A stretch of DNA of 19,079 nt from Nannocystales bacterium. Lineage in GTDB: Bacteria > Myxococcota_A > Polyangia > Nannocystales > Nannocystaceae. Below, in pieces: positions 16,075 to 19,079 of this stretch. Under the pieces are notes generated by a model that searched no databases, was not told the origin of the DNA, and saw only the letters and a list, made by a program, of their open reading frames with translations. Both the position numbers and the translations under genes were made by a program. The stretch's first letter is position 1. Every line of letters starts with the position of its first letter. The stretch is taken from NCBI GenBank assembly GCA_050633305.1, contig JBOEGF010000066.1, positions 1-19,079 on the forward strand, read 5' to 3'.

Positions 16075-16821
16075 TCACAGCGCGGTCCATCCGCCGTCAA
16101 CGACGATCTCTTCTCCGACCATGAACGATGCGTCGCCCGAGACCGCAAACGCCAGCGCTCCGGCGATCTCATCGGGCTTCCCAAAGCGTCCGAGCGGCAC
16201 GTTGCCGACCACCTGACCGGCCATGGCCTCGAGCTGTTCGGGGGGCAATCCCAGCTTCTGATAGATCGGCGTCTCGACTGGCCCCGGACTCACCGCGTTG
16301 ACGCGGATTCCCCGGGGCATCAGCTCGCCCGCGAGGGTCCGCGACAGAGATCGCAGGGCTGCCTTCGACGCGGCGTAGACCGTGGAGCTAGGCATACCGA
16401 CCTGGTTGTTGATCGACGTGTTGAACACGATGGCGCTTCCCTCGTGGAGCATGGGCAAAAGCGCCTGAACGGTAAAGAAAGGGCCCTTGAAATTGACGGC
16501 CATCTGGTGGTCGAGGCCGGCCTCGTCGAACGCCTCGAACGGTGCGAAGCCAGCGATACCGGCGTTGTAGATCAGCGCGTCGACACGGTCAGTGTGGCTG
16601 CTGAGGGCGTCTACGAAGCGGCCTCGGCTCTCAGCCGAGGCGACATCGAGCTCGAGGGCAGGTGCGTCGCCGAGCTCGGCCGCGGCCTGCTGGAGGCGCG
16701 TACGGTCGCGGCCAGTGATGATGATGCGCGCGCCCTCTTGCTGAACACGTCGCGCAGCAGCAAAGCCAATGCCGGTGGTGGCGCCGATGATGAGAACGGT
16801 TTGTTCCTCGAAGCGATTCAT
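16075..16821 (-). CDS. Short-chain dehydrogenase/reductase (classical SDR)
   Basis: GATTGIG, NAG, catalytic S...YAASK, IRVNAVSPGPVETP and VDGG motifs. Confidence 0.95.
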   Translation of the reverse strand: MNRFEEQTVLIIGATTGIGFAAARRVQQEGARIIITGRDRTRLQQAAAELGDAPALELDVASAESRGRFVDALSSHTDRVDALIYNAGIAGFAPFEAFDEAGLDHQMAVNFKGPFFTVQALLPMLHEGSAIVFNTSINNQVGMPSSTVYAASKAALRSLSRTLAGELMPRGIRVNAVSPGPVETPIYQKLGLPPEQLEAMAGQVVGNVPLGRFGKPDEIAGALAFAVSGDASFMVGEEIVVDGGWTAL

Positions 16822-16877
16822 GGGCACACTATGACTTCGCATCACCACGTTGATAACAGCTCGACATTGGAGAAGAC

Positions 16878-16896
16878 TGTCCCGATAGTCGGGGCA
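16878..16896. promoter_or_regulatory. Probable LysR operator in the divergent SDR/LysR intergenic region
   Basis: Imperfect palindrome tgtcccga-tag-tcggggca immediately before the LysR ATG. Confidence 0.4.
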
Positions 16897-17805
16897 ATGG
16901 GCCAGCTTGAGAATATGCGGGTTTTCGCGCAAGTAGCGCGAGAGGGGAGTTTCCGGGGCGCGGCCCGCAGTCTGCGGCTCTCCAGCACGGCCGTCTCACG
17001 TCACGTCTCGACGCTCGAAGAGCATCTGGGTACCCAGCTCCTCGTCCGCACGACCCGTCGCGTCAGCCTCACCGAACCCGGCCGCGCATATCTGCACCGA
17101 TGCGTTGCGCTCCTCGACGATATCGACGAGCTAGAGCGCGACGTCGCGGATGCCTCATCACAGGTGCGGGGGCGACTGCGCGTCACGGCGGGCGTGTCTT
17201 TCGCACAGGAGCACCTCGGGACTCTGCTGCCGACATTCGTCCAGCAGCACCCCGAGGTGGAGGTTGAGCTTCAGCTCAGCGATCATCACGTCGACCTTGT
17301 GGGCGAGCGCATCGACGTGGCGATTCGAATCGGTCGACTCGAAGACTCGTCGTTGATCGCGCGTCGGCTCGCTCCATGCCGGCACGTCGTCTGCGCCTCT
17401 CCCGAGTATTTGGGTAGCCATGAGTCGCCGCGGGCCCCCGAAGAGCTCGAGAACCACCAGTGCATCATCGACACCAACCAGCCGCCCCAGTGGTGGCTGC
17501 GTGGCCCGCAGGGCGAGTCGACGCATTCCGTTCGGGGCCGCTTCGTAGTCAACAGCGCTCACGCGGCTCGAGACGCCGCCGTCGCGGGCTTGGGGTTGGC
17601 GTACCTTCCCACCTTCGTCGCGGGGGACGAGCTGGCGCGCGGGCAGCTCGTCCCGGTTCTCCACGGCTACGAAGCCCGGGCCATGCACTTGTACGCCGTG
17701 TACACCCACAATCGGCACCTGCGTGGGTCGGTGCGAGCTCTGGTCGACTTCCTGGTCGCCCGGTTCGGGCCCGAGCCCCCGTGGGACGCCTGGACGCGTA
17801 CCTGA
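16897..17805 (+). CDS. LysR-family transcriptional regulator (CrgA/DmlR-like)
   Basis: GSFRGAARSLRLSSTAVSRHVSTLEEHLGTQLLVRTTRRVSLTEPG HTH and VDLVGERIDVAIRIG PBP2 domain. Divergent from the SDR operon. True start ATG 16897. Confidence 0.95.
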   Translation: MGQLENMRVFAQVAREGSFRGAARSLRLSSTAVSRHVSTLEEHLGTQLLVRTTRRVSLTEPGRAYLHRCVALLDDIDELERDVADASSQVRGRLRVTAGVSFAQEHLGTLLPTFVQQHPEVEVELQLSDHHVDLVGERIDVAIRIGRLEDSSLIARRLAPCRHVVCASPEYLGSHESPRAPEELENHQCIIDTNQPPQWWLRGPQGESTHSVRGRFVVNSAHAARDAAVAGLGLAYLPTFVAGDELARGQLVPVLHGYEARAMHLYAVYTHNRHLRGSVRALVDFLVARFGPEPPWDAWTRT

Positions 17806-18079
17806 GCCCCGGGTCCGACCCTTATTGACGCGAAGACGGTCCTCCCCTCCCCCGGCATCGGACCCGTGTGCTGCCGTATCGGCCGCTTGCTGAAACACCG
17901 GGCGCCCACCGCCGCCCACACTATTGCTGACGCGCGATGGGCACCCGGAACCTTTGCCTCAACGCGAAGCACGCTACCACCGAGTCCGCGTCGTTCGTGG
18001 CGACTGGGCTGGGTCGCGCTGAGAGCTTTGGGCACGTGAGAGCACCGAGCCTGGTTGTGTTGGGTGTTCTCCACGGGGG

Positions 18080-18523
18080 CTAGAATGGGATGTCGTCGTC
18101 CGCCCCGAGGGACGGGCTGGCGCCGGGGGCGTTGCCGGAGTTGCTGGGCGCGCTGAACTGGGAGGGCTCGCTGTCCGCGGCACCGGGTCCGCGCCCGCCG
18201 AGGAACTGCACGACGTCGGCGATGATCTCGGTGGAGTAGCGCTTGATGCCCTCCTTGTCCTCGTAGCTGCGGGTCTGGATGCGTCCCTCGACGTAGACCT
18301 GGCGACCCTTGGAAAGGAAGCTGTTGCAGTGCTCGGCTTGCTTGCCCCACACGACGATGCGGTGCCACTCGGTCTCTTCGACGCGGTCGTTGGTGGTCTT
18401 GTTGGTGTACGCGCGCGTGGTGGCGACGCTGAGCTGGCAGACGGCGCTGCCGCCGGAGGTGTAGCGAATCTCGGGGTCGCGCCCGAGGTTACCGACGATG
18501 ATTGCTTTGTTGACTCCGGCCAT
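18080..18523 (-). CDS. ssb: Single-stranded DNA-binding protein
   Basis: [42 protein letters not shown] and C-terminal DDDIPF. Confidence 0.97.
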   Translation of the reverse strand: MAGVNKAIIVGNLGRDPEIRYTSGGSAVCQLSVATTRAYTNKTTNDRVEETEWHRIVVWGKQAEHCNSFLSKGRQVYVEGRIQTRSYEDKEGIKRYSTEIIADVVQFLGGRGPGAADSEPSQFSAPSNSGNAPGASPSLGADDDIPF

Positions 18524-18565
18524 GGCGGTGCTTGGAAGCAAAAACGGTAGCAGGTGCGCGGCGGG

Positions 18566-18784
18566 CTAGATGCCGAGCTGGTCGAGCTGGGCCTTGAGCT
18601 GGTCCCGACGTTCTTGGTGGCGCTTGAGTTCCTCCTCGGCGAGGACGATGCGAGCGTCGAGGATGAAGGCCAGGTCTGGGAGCCTTTGGAGGCTCGCCTT
18701 GAACTTGTCCAGGCGCTTCTGGGTGGCTCGGATGTCGGCGTCGACGTCGATGATGAGCGAGGAGAGCGTGCCGCGGTCCACCAT
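18566..18784 (-). CDS. Small coiled-coil hypothetical protein (72 aa)
   Basis: Heptad-like, charged helical sequence with GC3-rich codons. Co-oriented upstream of ssb. Confidence 0.6.
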   Translation of the reverse strand: MVDRGTLSSLIIDVDADIRATQKRLDKFKASLQRLPDLAFILDARIVLAEEELKRHQERRDQLKAQLDQLGI

Positions 18785-18793
18785 ACGGAGACG

Positions 18794-18824
18794 AGTCTAC
18801 CTGGAGTGGGATGGCGGGTAGACT
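18794..18824. promoter_or_regulatory. 8-bp inverted repeat / back-to-back -10-like boxes between divergent genes
   Basis: AGTCTACC-N15-GGTAGACT places TAGACT 8 nt before ATG 18833 (+) and 9 nt before ATG 18784 (-). Confidence 0.45.
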
Positions 18825-18832
18825 TGCTGCCG

Positions 18833-19079
18833 ATGAGCGCCCCGGTGGTGGAGAAGAAGCGGAGCAAGAAAAAGAAGAAGGGTCCTGCGCAGCCGAAGGC
18901 GAAGATGAAGCCGCCCGTACCGATGCGGCCGGAGGTGGAGGTTCAGCAGACGGTCGCGGGTGCGAGGAAGTTGGCGAAGGTGGAGGAGTTCACCGAGGCG
19001 CTTCAGATGATGGTGCAGGCCTTCGAGGGGCTCGACGACGCTGAGGGAGTGGTTCCGTGGGAGCCCGGTACGCTCCTGG
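18833..19079 (+). CDS. Hypothetical protein, 3'-partial, Lys-rich N-terminus
   Basis: Manual translation MSAPVVEKKRSKKKKKGPAQPKAKMKPP...KVEEFTEALQMMVQAFEGLDD... is open to the window end. It is not in the supplied ORF track. Confidence 0.6.
   Translation, partial: MSAPVVEKKRSKKKKKGPAQPKAKMKPPVPMRPEVEVQQTVAGARKLAKVEEFTEALQMMVQAFEGLDDAEGVVPWEPGTLL

Noticed and set aside
15910..16896. 631-aa LysR with a long N-terminal extension
   Set aside because: The extension is the antisense shadow of the SDR/azoR genes. The LysR HTH starts at ATG 16897.
18811..19044. 77-aa ORF from the supplied track
   Set aside because: The overlapping frame from ATG 18833 has better codon usage and stays open to the window end.

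Overview
GC-rich bacterial accessory region. The lipoprotein and TPR gene style suggests Myxococcota, which is an inference only. Left to right it carries: three secreted or lipoprotein genes, one with a thioredoxin-like fold lacking CxxC and followed by a degenerate partial copy; a 3.6 kb block bounded by ~48-bp direct repeats with a TPR protein, a hidden CsrA-like gene, a symmetric dif-like palindrome and a tyrosine recombinase; a Septu/PtuAB-type ATPase + HNH defence pair; a 312-bp element with 36-bp terminal inverted repeats; and a stand-alone CxxCxGxG zinc-finger mini-protein. Next come two directly repeated dif-like (XerD|XerC) sites. Each has an IS1202-family (ISNCY) element starting exactly 5 bp from the XerC arm (one complete with a TTTGC duplication, one truncated), and together they bracket an Rpn/YhgA nuclease gene with a probable internal antitoxin start. 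The right part holds a coupled lipoprotein pair, an EEP gene remnant, a LysR-regulated SDR / internally deleted azoreductase / DOPA-dioxygenase operon, ssb and small hypothetical genes. The most notable signal is the Xer-site architecture organising defence genes and IS insertions.
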